64,000 nucleotides of DNA from Marsupella aquatica (taxonomy: Eukaryota > Plantae > Marchantiophyta): positions 11,493,187 to 11,557,186 of the forward strand of contig OZ316898.1 in the NCBI GenBank assembly GCA_973895155.1. The letters run 5' to 3'. The notes under the pieces are model-generated. The model was given only the letters and a program-made list of their open reading frames with translations. It was not told where the DNA came from and did no database searches. The position numbers and the translations under genes were made by a program. Positions 24,334 to 38,162 of the stretch are shown here, piece by piece; within the stretch, counting starts at the first letter, position 1, and each line of letters begins with the position of its first letter.

Positions 24334-27300
24334 TATCTAGCCCCCATTGACAAAGATACCAGCATTTGTAGAACTATGAGAAGTGGCCAAAATGTGTGCA
24401 GCTATCATTTTCCAGTTTCTTGTCCTCCTTTGCTGAACATATTGTCTTATTTCATGACTTTATGACTTAAAGGAGAGTTAGTTTCTGAAATATGTTCCTC
24501 TTGTTACATGATTCAAAGAGGAGTATGCTTGATGTGCCCTTTGGTGTAACTTTCTTACCTAATGGGCCCCTATGAAACTTTTTCACCTAATAGGCCCCCT
24601 ACTACACTTTTGCGCCAGTTGTTCTTCTAGCAGTTACTCTAACCAATTTCTGCTTGATGCAATGACCAACTACATTTCCAAAAAACTATGTGGTCAACCA
24701 TGACTGTAAGGTGAACTGCACTGTCAAACCCCGCAACCTTGCGCAGCCAAAAACAAAATGGTCAAACGGCACGGTTAGGGGAATCGCAAAATTGCGGCCG
24801 CCACTACCCAAACTGCAAAGTGAAGACAATATGATTATGTCTTTGGATTTGAACTGCAGAAACTACACAAACTGCGAAGTGAAGACAATATGGATTATGT
24901 CTTTGGATTTGAATTTTTACCATACCGGGGGTAGTCATATGGCTTACTTTCACGTGCTCCACATAGGGTTTTTTTAACATTTTTTATCTGGGACTATCAA
25001 TTCAGAGGACATGTGCGGTCGTTATGATCCTAGTACTTCCATTAGAACTTTTTTTGTCCCTGGCCATTGGGCGCTCGTTTTCTATCAGTAGGCACTAGGC
25101 ATTAGGCTTCAATCAACAACCTGAAGGTATCGACAAAACCCGAGCATTGAGCATAAAAAAATCCCAAGCATCGACAAACCCAGAGCACTTCCCTCCCGCA
25201 ACACAAAGAATCAAAGAACGATGATTGTCAAGTAGCGGCGACAACCCTAAACCCCTCACAACACACAAATACATAATGCAATCCTTGGGGAATCACTTAG
25301 GCTAAAAAGCCTAACACCCTTGTGAACACTTACATGTTACATACCCTTATTAGTTTTCAGATTACAAATTTTCCTTACATTAAAAAAACTCTTGAGTCAT
25401 TTACAAGTGCTTTTGAAACTCCTTATAAAACCCCTTGTTTCTTTAAAATACTGCTTATAAAGTACTAAGGCATGATCAAGTGCACATGTATAGTTATTGC
25501 ACTTGTGGCTCTAGAGTATCCATGGGATGTACCCTGGGCACATTACACTACATTCATGATCAAGTGCACCTGGTGTCTCTACTAGCCAAGCCTTACAACT
25601 ACTATTGCACCTATTCAATGTATGGACTACCCTACACTGTACTACATAGATAATTACACATGTGATATGCTGCAGCACAGGTTCTATGGACTAATCATGG
25701 GAGGTTTTAATTAACTATTACATTTCAAAGACAATCAAGTGCATATGTGATGCTAATGCACCTGTCTTATAGACTAGTGACAATCCATAAACTACACTAC
25801 AAAGCCAATCAGTTGCGAATCATGTTCAGCTATTATACCAGATATTGTGCTAATTGCACATGCTGCAAAAAAAATAGGACAGTATATTAGAGACGAGCTT
25901 ACCCATTCACAATTAATATAGAAGAAATTGAGACAACTCACATTAGTATTAGGTGCAGTTTCATTCTAACTTCATATGGATGTTGCCTCTTGTCTCCTCC
26001 TAGCAATCCCCCATCCCTACTCCTAGTTTACTTTCATAACCCCTCTCCAATACAAAAGCCCCATCCTCCCCATCCAAATCCCATATTTTACACCATAGTT
26101 ATGAAAAATTAAAGTGTTCATATACATGACACTTAAAGAGAGTGACATGCAGCCCAATCGGTGCATGACATGTGGCACACAAGTGTGCAATAATACCCTT
26201 GCATAAAATAAGAAATAACAACCACCACTAGAAACTATATACCCATTGTCATATTATAAGCAAAAACTCATCCTTTTATTATGGCCTTCATGCAAAGTAT
26301 GTGTTTGTAATAATGAGTTGAACACAATTTAAAATACCCTTCATTTGTTCGCATGTGGTTGGAAGAATTCGACGAGTGATTCCGCATGCAATATGTGTTC
26401 ATGGCTAAACCCGCCCCCGCCCTACGTAGAACCCCATTGTCAACTGTGTTGTTGGCCGCTCGGTTAAGAGCACGGTTCACTATGGTGTGGGCTACTACAC
26501 AACCATGCCTCTAGCTCTAGGACTTGGAAGGACTTTATCTGGATCATTCACACTTTGGATGAGTATGTTTGTTTCCGCTCCCCAAAATATATATTTTTGA
26601 TCAAATGTACCAACTTGTCTTGCCACTTTTGATCAAGTCTCATGGACTACACTATACTTACTCTTGCTGGCCATTGGTGGAGTGTTGTCACCACTCCCCC
26701 TACTCACATGGTTGACCAATCCATGCAAGGGTTTCTTAGCAATTCTTTGCGCTAGTGACCTTGGTGAGTCTTTTCAAACAAAAAAAGCATACACAATACA
26801 CTAGGGGAAATAACACAGTCATGACACAAGAGGGTAACAACACACACAAACTTGCAAAAACTAAATCCATATCTTTTGGTGGATAATTGTAATTCATTGT
26901 GAGGACAACTTGGCCTCAAATCATTTGCCCAACTCCTCCATTGTTGGGATTTTAGGCGGAGTAGTGAGGTGGAGACTCAAGAAACACAATAGACTGAGAC
27001 CCCCTTTCCATGTATCAGGGGTCGCCACTAAATATCAAAAACTACCACAATTACACCAACGCATCAAAGGTGTGGCTGCCGCTAACCTAAAATTTTCTAC
27101 CCTAACCCATGCAGTACGCACATGCGCGACAGTCCTTTCTTAACTACCTAAATTTCTCCCTAACTATATATTTTGGGGGGCTTCTTGTGAGGTATATGCT
27201 TAATAAACCCCCATCTGACTCTTTGTGCCTCAATCGACCCCCTTTTGCATTTTTGTACAGAAAGTACATATATTCTCTGTATTCTCTACTACTGGTCCAA

Positions 27301-30300
27301 CCGTGAACGTTCATGGCATCAACGTGTACTGTGACTATAGTCTACCCAAACTATGATTGTAAGCAACTTGACCATCATGTTCACCGCATGGTGTACGGCC
27401 GGCCGAAACAGCAACAAGCAAGGATTTCAAAATATGTTTGGATGCAAGACTAGTAATGTCTTCATATGTTTATTGCTAGCTAACGTGTCCTCATAGAACG
27501 TGCTCCAGATGTTCATTGTATGTGATTGGACAGATGCACATTCAGAATGACAACTCATCTTTGTCTCACTTGCGATTCCTTACCTCACCTTAGTTGACAT
27601 TTTATGCAACACCACAAAAAATGTTGTTGCACTTACGACCTCATTCCTGCAATGATTGCATGGTCATAATGACAACCTTTACCCACAATTCACCTCATCT
27701 AAATGAACATTTTTGTGATATGCATGGATAGTATTACACCAACTACAACAGAGCCCTTTCCTATTTGTGGTTCACAGTTTTCAAAGGTCCCAGAACAAGA
27801 AATGCAATTGGATTCCAAAGGTGCACACATATTGGCATGAGAATGCTGATATTTGTCCAGCATGGGAGACACATATCCAATGGCTTCTCGACCATGATGG
27901 TCATCGTCCAAATAGCTCGCCAAAGAGTCTACTAATGTGACGATGCTTTCTTGACTTGTAGATCCCATTCTGAGTGTTGAGAGAACAGTAGAGAGTGAGT
28001 CCAAGAATATCATTGAATGTCAAATCAGATGTCCAGATTGTTTAACTGCCAGCAAAGTCGTCTGAGCAGGTTTTGGTCAATCCATATGGGGGAAAAGTCA
28101 CTGGTGTTCAAGAATTGGAATCAGTTGCTCCCATGTTTGACGAGCCAGAGTGAGAACTAAGGTTTGAACACTTTGCTCATCAATGAGTTTACTCCAATGA
28201 TCACTTACCTGATTTCACTGCAATGTCTTGCTCTATCATATTTGAAAAAACCAGGTCATTGCCATAATTGTTTTGCAGCAATTTTCTTGTTTTGCATTGT
28301 TTGTTTCCAAAGACCCAAAATCATCAGGGGAATGGATGGCTATCCAGTGAGAAAACAGTGTTTCATCCATGTTTGATTAGAGAAAACAGTGTTTCATGCA
28401 TGTTTGATTAGGGAAAACATATCCCTCGCAACCCTCCTTGCCTCCTATATGCCTGTTGTGGTGCACCTAGGTATGCTTGTACCATAGAGAGAAGGTCAAA
28501 TATGTTTGACCAAAAAAGTAGTCTATGATGAGGTTCTTTGTTGAGGTAGCAAAAAAGGATTCCGTAAAAACTCGAGGACCATAATAACAGACTACTCTCA
28601 TGATCAGACAAGCTTTCGGATATTCTGCAAAACAAAGCTCCTTAGCATTTGGATGCATAGGTGAATATGTTGTAATTGGAAAAGTAGGAAGGAATGTAAC
28701 GGAACACAATACCAAAGAAAGACATAGTGAAAAAAATAGAGTGGAACAGCCCCAGGTTCTTTATTGAACATTAATAAAGATTGCATTTGTATTAATTTCT
28801 CATAATCATATTTGCATTACTTTGTTTAAATCTTAGACCAGAATGAAAGTTTGTATCCCATGGACATTGAACAACATGTCTTCATATTTATATTTAAGCA
28901 CACGTTATGTCTTCATTGTGATGATTGACTAGTATATTCATCAACTCCTTTCTACACATTAAATGTGTACACATGACAGCACAATGGCATGGCCACTGTG
29001 ATTGTATGGCCACAACTACACATAAGATAAATTAACAATTTCTTTATCTAACCTGCATTTCTTGGTCTGGCCTTGATATCTTTTATGCAATGCACTGGCA
29101 TCAGACCAGTAATACATAATAAGCATTACTTAAAATTCTTCATAAGTATAGTCATAAAAACGTATCTATTTGTATTATTTCTATTGTAGTAATTCATACA
29201 TTCTACATGGCACCAGTTACTTGAGGACACATAGCAGGACTTGAGTTTGTTTGCCACTTTGAAGACTTTGAGTGTTTTTTGTTTCTTTGGTTTGCCTGGG
29301 TTTTTCTTTTGTCTTCCTCCCGTTCGTGGGTCTCCTTGCGTGCAACCTTTTGCTCCTTACCAGTGTTGTACATATTGTTCATGTTGTACTACCAACAAAA
29401 ATAATTCAATTCCATTATATAATACAAGGACAAGCGGAGGATTACTTTAAAATTCGCCTTCTTTAATTGGTAACTCAATCTTCTTTTATTTCTCAAGTCA
29501 AAATAATATAACTCTGTGATAAATTGGAAATAAATTTTTAAGATATTGTAACAATCATTAATGTATTGTTCCAAGACAAAATCTGAAGCATGTTCTAGCA
29601 TGAACATGCCCATGCCCTAGAACATGCTATGTGGACTGCTAGGGGATAAAGACCATGGAATAATGCACGTGGATCTAGGTCTGGGGCCCACCACAATTGT
29701 CCTTGATCTCTTAGCCAAAACCATAACTCAACCCCCTATTAGTATGATGCATTATCTTTCCAGGGCAGTTGTGAAAGACAACGAGAAACCCCAATGTGGT
29801 AGAATCAGTACAAAATGAATTGGCGCTGGTTTCAATCCACTTTCCTCTTTGGTAATGTAGTCACCCCCTCACACGTTTACCGTACAGAGAAGAGATTTCT
29901 TATTCCTACCCTAACGCCCTCTTCTCTTTTTTCACTTGTAGTTTTATGGGAGGTACGTCCTAGACTAAAACACCTAGCCAGCCTGGCCAGAGGTTCCAAG
30001 TCTCCTGACCCACTCCTGCCAGCCTGGCCCGGGGTTATGAGATTTTGGTCCCCCCTGCTAGTCCCTCTGACTCGGTTGTTATTGATCAGGTCAAATCTAA
30101 AGCAAAGTCTGCACTTGGTGGTAATGCTTATTAATCCATGGCAACTCATGGATTATCCTACACATAACCCCAGCCAACCTTGTCGAGTCTCATCATTTCA
30201 AAATTTTATGTAAAAAATAGTGCTAGGGTTATTCTTGCTAATCTATAGGGACCAGGGTTGGAGAAAAACACTTAGTGGACCTCCTAGAGAGACTTTCTTG

Positions 30301-30500
30301 CCCGATGGACCTAAAATTTTCAATCCTCTCCAACAGGCCTATGGGCTCACCTTGTCTGGCTTTTGCGTTAGACATTCTTATGATGCAATTTTTAATTTCT
30401 TATAATATGAAAACTCACCCATAGAACCCAATATTGTCTACCATAGTTGGATGTACATCCAACAGCATGACCAAGAGGGGTTGACTAGCTACCAGCACAG

Positions 30501-30923
30501 TGTTGAAGCAAAAACTTATTGTGCAACACCAACAAGAAATGATGCGTTGCAATTAGAATTTGGATACATTGACCATTCTTCAGTAAACAACCATTACTCA
30601 TAAGACGACATGCACATGTGCAACATCCACTGAACACACAAGTGGTTGACACAATAGATATGTGGTTCATCTCACTAGAGGCTCTGTCCACGGGAACACA
30701 CAAGAGAGCCTTATCAAAGTTTAAGCCTGTTGACCATATCGAGTCTCCACAAACTAAGCTCTTCCTATCTCCCAAAAGGCTCTGTAGCAATAAGCCTAAG
30801 TTCCACTCTCAACTAAGCCCTTCTAGTAAATATAGTAGGAACACACCATAACCATACACCTGACTATGGTTTGACTAATAGTGGTTACACAATAGCCCTA
30901 GACCTAAGAGTAAATGTCTAACA
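30501..30923. mobile_element. Solo LTR related to the copia LTR at 1440/7979
   Basis: Starts tgttgaagca and ends gtctaaca. Shares agatatgtggttca..gaggct..gtccacgggaacacacaagag and agcctaagttccac with the copia LTR. No PBS or PPT alongside and no clean TSD. Confidence 0.75.
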
Positions 30924-33654
30924 ACCACAATCTTTACAAATAATGAAAGGTGTGATAGAAGTTCTTGCCCAATCTTGTTTATTGGCTGTAAAATCAAAAT
31001 GGATGTGTGAATATAATGAAGTGAACTGTATACATCATACACAATATTTTCTTGCTAAGCTAAACCAGAACCGCCCAAATGCTAACATGCTACAAAATTG
31101 TGTGATAGGGCACCTCACAAGAACATGGCATTATGGAGTGGGCCTAGAGGCTCACTGGGAGAGATCCAAAACTTCTGGTCCATGAGAGGAGAAGGTCTCC
31201 CCAATAGGTCCACTTAGTATTTTCTCTCCATGACAGTAATCCCCGTGGGCTCACATCCTTTGGGGATAGCAGCCCATGACCTCCTCCAGGCTGTGAGTTA
31301 CCCTACATTTTCTTGCTTTACAAGCTGGTGGACCATAATAAACAAAACGACCATAGTAGTAGAAAGGAAAGCCCAGATAATCACAAAGGTTTGACTCATA
31401 GAATCCTACAGTGAACTCACAAAACCCTGATAGACACAAATCAAACATTACATTATACTTCCATCACAGTGTTTACAGCTACTTTTTCACATTAGTTTGT
31501 AATTTCATGTGGTGTTCCACTAGGATTGGAGTGGGGTAGTTGTAGCCTGTGAGGAAACAGGAAAAAGTTTCCTGTTGTGAGTAAAATATTATTCACAGGA
31601 CATGTTTTGCTAGGGCAAACTACCTAGTCCCTAGCTAAAACTTGGATTCAAATATCTTAACTTTTGTGTCGAGTTTTAGTAAAATCCAATTTGGGGAGTC
31701 CTGTTTTTACTCGCTAGTTCTAGAAATGCAAAAGTTAGCCAACATTAAAAGGTATTGTCAATTACTAGTGCTACTTGCTAGCAATACTCTCTTTGCTAGA
31801 AAAACTCATGGCTGCGTGCATCATACAATACCTCGTTGGAGTGTGTCCATTTGTATTTCCATAACCTTTGTGGCTATGGGGGCATTTCTTTCCATTGTAA
31901 TAAATTGGAGTAATTCGTTTTATTTTATATTCGGGGCAACCCCTTACCACCTTTTGTCCACCCTTTAGGAATAATCCTCTTTCCAAGATCTCATGCCCCT
32001 TGATTCTCAGTATGATGTCACCCGTCAAACAAGGTGTCCCCACTTAAGGATAGTTATATACTGTGGATGCCATTCCTTGGAATTACTGTGGATGCCATTA
32101 TAATAAGGTTCCTGCGATTGACAATGGTCGATGGTGATGCTTTGATTCTAAGGGTAATTTCGACCATATATTTGTCAGGCCTTGAGAGGCACCAGTAAGA
32201 TTTGGAGGATACCTCAGACGTTGGGAGTTGAGAGACCCATTTGTGCTGTTAGTGGAAGAAGTAGAATCTATTCGGCAGCCACTTTCCTCATTTCCAATTG
32301 CGGATGTTGAGCCCTACAATTTGATTGGAGAGGATAAGGGGGGGAGATCATTCCAGAAATGACGTCTCGATAAGAGAGCCCTGCAAATCAGATGCTTTTT
32401 TCACCTCACTAATAAGCCAGCAGATCAGACGCATGGGCTTGGGGCTTTCTTAGGCAGCATCTCGAGGTAAGCTTTTCGCTCCAGGGATGGATAATAAATC
32501 TTAGCATACACTAGGTGGAGGGAATCACACCACGCCAGAAAAGGGCGAGAGAACCTATTAAAGAGGTCAAAAGGGTAGACTAGCAACCAACTCATTCATT
32601 TTGACCTCTGTGCAAAGGGTAGACTAGCAACCAACTTTTCAAAGTTGCTTGTCACATCTTCATTGGAGAAATCACACCACACAATCCCCAAATGGACCAA
32701 GACCCCACACCTAGCATCCTTTCTAATGATGTGAATATTACCCAACGATACAAGATCAAGAGGAATGTTTTGAGTTTATAGTGGCTTTACAAGACATGGG
32801 ACACTTGCGACTTTTCCACCACAGCAAAACGGAGGGCTATTTTTTTCCACAAATACACTCCAGATTAACTTTTGAAATGTAATTCACTAAATGCAAAGCA
32901 CTTGAATAAAGGAGCCAAAGTTTATGAATGTTGGGTTCAGTTACACAGGTTTACAATTCTATAAATATAAGCACTCCACATCAGCATTTACTTGGGCCGG
33001 CTGCTTACCATGTAGGATTGTAGATCCCAGATTTGAATTGCCCTCGAGTTCTTGTCAAGCCAATTGCAGCCTTTCCACTCATTATAAGATCCATATTTAA
33101 TCATAAAGATAATAAAACAAAGACAATCTCTAGGCTCTTGTAAAGTCACCATTGGAACCATTTAAAGTCACCCAATGTACCGCCACCCAAACTACTTTAG
33201 ATTCATAGAAAGAGCGTAGGAGTCATAGGCTGAGACCAGTGTTTATCCATCCCCTTACATTGGATGGGATCCTAATATGCTTATCGAATGAAATCAGAAG
33301 TTGCTACTTCAAATCCATATCATTCAGTTAGCACAGAGGTTTCCATAATCTCATGTGAGTTTACGAATTGTGGGGGAGTAGAAATTCTGGGATATAATCA
33401 GCCTATATAGCCTAGAGTTTTTACAGCAACCACTTTAGTACATGCAATCTCGCCACACCCTCCCATCTTCTGTTTTCGGGACAAAAGGGAGGCAGATGAG
33501 GGGAGGACACAGGAGATGGGAGAAAGAAAAATGTTTTCCTTCCACACAGGGCCTCTCAACCACGCCTAGACTCTAGGTTGCTGTCCATGCTGCCATTGTC
33601 TATCTTGCACTCCTCTTATGCCTTTGCCCTCCCTACCATCATTTTTGCAACAAG

Positions 33655-33845
33655 AACATGGACACAATGACAATATTTCTTCTGCGACAACCACCCAACC
33701 CAACATGGACACAATGACAATATTTCTTCTGCGACAACCACCCAACCCAACATGGACACAATGACAATATTTCTTCTGCGACAACCACCCAACCCAACAT
33801 GGACACAATGACAATATTTCTTCTGCGACAACCACCCAACCCAAC
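33655..33845. repeat. Four perfect tandem copies of a 47-bp unit
   Basis: aacatggacacaatgacaatatttcttctgcgacaaccacccaaccc starts at 33655, 33702, 33749 and 33796. Confidence 0.95.
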
Positions 33846-34237
33846 TATAATGCTTCCACAATCATAGCACGACACTGCCAGAAACACTTATTTACTTCAC
33901 CTATACTTCTTTACTTGGCCTTCACATTTCTATCCAACATAGGGCATGGGAAAGGTATCCAATAAAAAGACACCCAAGCACTAATTCCCGGACAATATCT
34001 TGTTATTTGAACTTGGAGATCAGACATTGCCACGACCACAATCTTGCCCAATAAGGTGGCTTTCCTAAAATAGCTTGTGCATGGTTTGGGTAATTGGGTG
34101 TCAAGTATTTCCCACCATTTGGTCACAATAATAGCCCAGTAGTAGCTCAATCATTTTCTGAACGTGGTGGTCCCAGACAGAATCTTCTCAATTACAACGT
34201 TGTCAGATATGTTAATTCAGTTGGTTCTATGAAGTAA

Positions 34238-34261
34238 CCCCCCCCCCCCCCCCCCCCCCCC
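34238..34261. repeat. Poly(C)24 tract
   Basis: Seen directly. Confidence 0.9.
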
Positions 34262-34539
34262 AAGACTCGGTCCAAATAAACAGCAGAAACCACATTAGTT
34301 TAAAAGTATCTCTTGTCATATGATACCGGTAGAAAGGCTGCTATGCTAAAGTATGCTCTCGGCAACCTACACAGAAGAATTGCCCCAAGCTTTCACTTGG
34401 CAAACTTGCCGTCTTGTAATTTTGTGCTAAGAATTGTCCTTTACATGTCAGTAAAGCTTGCCCTCAAAAACTACCAGGTATGTGACCAAGGAGTGTTTGG
34501 TCACAATTGTTGAAGTATCAGTTGCATCAGTCTATATCA

Positions 34540-35330
34540 CATGCCTAAAGGCAAAAATGTCAAACCGGGAGACAGGGTCCCAATGGGAGAGCAGCCCAAT
34601 AACGGGACGCAAAGAAGGGGAAGAGGCCACAAGAAGACTGATGAGGTCAAACCAGTCAAGGCGCCCCCCTCAAAAACAAAGGAACAAAGACAAAATCAAG
34701 GAACTAGCAAAGAAACCAAGAAAACTAACCCCCTACTGGGCCAAAAACTGAAAAGTTTAATAGACTTCCGGAGTAAACTGCATGGGAGGGTCACGAAGTG
34801 GAATCTGTCTAGAGACAATAAAACCAATAAACTGCCTAGGCCCTACGAAGGCTAGAGTGAAAGCCTGGGCCCTTTGTAAGGCGACAGACACCCTCTGTCT
34901 AAAGAAGGCAATGAGGATGGAAACAAGTAGGAAAGGCCTTCACTCAATAAAAAAAATTACACAGGTTCAAAGAAACTGGTCAAAGGTAGGGTGGAGAGCA
35001 CCATAAACCTCAAGGGCAAACGGGTAGAAAATCTACCCCGGGTAGCAAACTGCATATTCCTTGAGCCAGACTGCCTTGGCTACAGCATGTCCTGGCACAT
35101 GGGTGGCCACTGCAACATCCCTCTAGTAGGATCGACCACAATTACATCGCCAAGTGCCCAAACGCCAACCTAGGAAAGGCCAAATCAGCCCACTGCCGAT
35201 CAGGAACACCATCCTGAGGGGGAAGCACATGTCGTTGCTCCAGAGTCTTGGGCAATGGCCACATCCCGGATGTCATCCAGAGGGGCAGTCCACTCACTCC
35301 CATGGACATGAACTCCCAAAGGATCCCCCA
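34540..35330 (-). mobile_element. Degenerate 3' fragment of a second CRE-like non-LTR retrotransposon (RLE domain + 3' UTR)
   Basis: Minus-strand translation across frameshifts gives EQRHVLPP..RQWADL, LGDVIVVDPTR, GHAVAKAVWLKE, FYPFALEVYGALHPTFDQFL and FFRQRVSVALQRAQA. These parallel the C-terminus of the 41.5-45.2 kb element. Boundaries are approximate. Confidence 0.75.
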
Positions 35331-35339
35331 ATGCCCCAC

Positions 35340-35595
35340 TTGGAGGTCTCACTACATAGAGCCCCCCCCATCACCTGCAACATTTTAAAGCCCCGCACGT
35401 ACCCCCTAAAATTTAAGATTTTGAATTTTTTTTAACCCTATAATTTTGGAATATTATTGGAATATTCCAAAATTATGATGAAAAAGACTCTAATGTTGTT
35501 ACAAGACTCCAAGTTGGGTTTAAAAGACCCTAAAAGTTCTTCCATAAAAATTTTGAAGTCTTCCCTTAAAACCAATAAAACTACCTTATTCCATG
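35340..35595 (-). mobile_element. Diverged reverse-orientation relative of the 24027 MITE
   Basis: ccctaaaatttaag...tttttttaaccc...ggaatatt...gaatattcc...accaataaaa corresponds to the reverse complement of the MITE interior. Confidence 0.55.
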
Positions 35596-37868
35596 TTCCA
35601 TGCATGATGTGTTGATTCTATGGAAGTGAAACCCCCGAGATATATATGCCCCACATACACAAGTGGGTTGGCCAAGGACACAAGGGTGAGGAAGTCCCAA
35701 CCAAAGGCGCAACAAAGTGGTAAAAAGGAAGGATCGGAGGTCAAACAAAAGGGTAAAGTTGTAAATAGCCAAGTGCTACAACTAGTCCTAGCACAAGATA
35801 GGAGGCAAGCCCGAATTGAGTCGGAAGGTGTGTCGGAGAGCATGCTAGAAAGGGTGTGACGTGCATGCGATCAGAAATCACATGTTGAACACGATGCGGA
35901 CTATTAAGACCACGTCCACAAAGGCTCCCGTATGGCGAGCCGTATGGCTAGATGTATTTGTGACAAAAGACCAAACCATGGCTACCGTAATGGTTTGTGC
36001 TTATAATTATTAGCGCGTACCAGATTAGGACTACAGTAGCCATGGTTGTGCAGTTTTTAAATTTTTTAGAAATTTGAATAAAAGAGGGAATAGTTTTACA
36101 GCAAGGCAAGGGGAACAAACCGCCCAAACCAGAAACAACAAAGAGCATCCTCAACACCTGGAGCATCCCAGAAAAACCAGGAAGACTATTTAATCAAACC
36201 AGTGGATCCTATAGAGCCAACGATAAATGTTTCCTTTGTACCTTGGGCAGTTAATTAAGACCTGCTAAATGCTGGACAAAATGTGCTGGTAGTTTAGGAA
36301 AGAGGGAGAAAACTAGATTCCAAACATGATAGCCTCAAAAATTTTACATGAGGCTAGGTGTTTGGAATACTGGTATCTGTTGAAATTGGCCCAGGCACAT
36401 GTTGTATGTGAGAAACAGCCAGATACCGGAAAAGTAGATTGAGAAAACTCTTTGGCTGTGAAAAGTTGTTTGTTGTTTATTTTTGTTTCTTAAAACAAAG
36501 GAGCCTGTTTTGGAGTTGCCAAAAACCAAAACATATTCAAAGGCCAGAACGTCCTCCAACAATGCAAAACGCCAAAAGCCACTCGAACAGACCATAAGGT
36601 CACCCCCACAAGACAAGGGCCAAAAGGAGCACAAACAGCCAACAAAAACAGACCGACCAGAAGACTAGAAGCAATTTTGAGGGATGGGGAGCGCAGGCCC
36701 CTCGCCCCAGGTCGACAGAAAACAAGACAAAACAAGACAATGGTCAAAAGAGGCCACCAAAACATAGGACCTCAGCAACACAATGTCCAAAGCAGTAACA
36801 TTGAAGAAGTCCACCAAAGACCACCACCACATAACAGCCTTCTCCCTATGGTGGAGGGGGAAAATGGGGCAAGACCTAGACAAAAATCCAAGCTAAACAA
36901 GATGATTGCGAGTAGAAGCCCTAGCAGCCATTTCAGCGACTTCAATTAAAGTCTGACTAATCCTTGATTTAACTGTCTAGCCTTTTGCACACTTTGAGTT
37001 CACTGCATGGTATCATGAATGTGCACAACAGTTCCATGGACAATGACTTGCAATGGAGTCTTGGTAGCGTTAGCATGATAAGTGCGTTGTTGGCACTCAA
37101 TCTAGATGCTACTAAGGATCTTGTGGATGAGAAGGAGGAAGCCAGGGTTGCACTTCTGGGACCCCACCAACTAATGTAATGGGCAACCAAATTTACAACA
37201 GTCTCCATTCATTCTAACCTAGACTACGCATTTATGGTGCCCTAGTTCATTCTAACCTTGTTCTAATATTTTTTTCAAAATGGATTTAAAATACCCATCG
37301 GATGTTTGCACGTATGTTTTGTTATTTCATAAGCTGAGGGCCCAGGGAACCATACACTATGAACAAGAAATTAACTAGACACTATCAGTTGCTTATTCAA
37401 GGCATCAGTTCTGTACCTTGCTTCACAAACCGTTGCATGATAGGAACATTCTGTATAATGGAGGGGAATTAAGCCAGTGACAACTACAACTCATTTGCTT
37501 GAGCTCATGGCCTTAGAGAAAAAGTAGTGGTGGGGACCTTCACGATAGGTCACTTGAATGCAAAAGAAAGGTCCTCCCGATATGTGCGGGGGCATTGAAC
37601 ACCTTAGGATTGGGATTAGCTGCACAGGATTTTTACGGTTCTATGGTAATGATAGAGTAAAACAAATAAAAACTACATTATAGTCATTTGTCAAAACAAC
37701 TAGCAATACTCTTGTTTGCAGTTATGAACAACAATAACACAAGACAATACAAGACACATAAATCTCTTGGATATGAAAACTTAAGCTTTGCAATTCATTC
37801 TTCACCAAACTTCCTTTCTTGGTTTTATTGTCTAGCTTCCTTATCTTCTCATGCATCCAGATTAGAAA

Positions 37869-38162
37869 CCCGGGGTCCTCGCTTCTTTTCTTTTGACCCA
37901 TCGTGCGCAAAGAAGTTTAGGATTTTTTAATTGAACTGAGCGGAACTTGAGTTTAAATTTTGCTGAAGAAAAATATGGTGTTTTTAGTCCAATTTTAAGA
38001 ATTAGAAGAACTATAGGGGTTTTCAATACCAAATTTGAAAATATTCTTAGATATTCCATAAAGTTAGCGGTTAAAAAATTGTAGAACTTACTTTATTTTC
38101 TTAAATTTTAGGGTGTTTATTACTTGAAAACTTTGCGTGTGATATGGGACCTCCCTTGCTTG
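37869..38162 (+). mobile_element. Second copy of the 24027 MITE, right TIR lost
   Basis: Begins cccggggtcctcgcttcttttctt and is colinear with 24027-24320 through gtgatatgggac. Confidence 0.8.

Noticed and set aside
24811-28410. Small local tandem duplications (24811-24913, 25471-25860, 28349-28410)
   Set aside because: These are ordinary slippage or repair duplications with no further structure.
31771-32043. Possible gypsy integrase zinc-finger fragment (HEILERGLF...VRGCPEYK)
   Set aside because: The resemblance is too weak to call without a search, and no flanking domains were recognised.
33655-33845. CRISPR-like array
   Set aside because: Units are contiguous with no unique spacers, there are no cas genes, and the context is eukaryotic.
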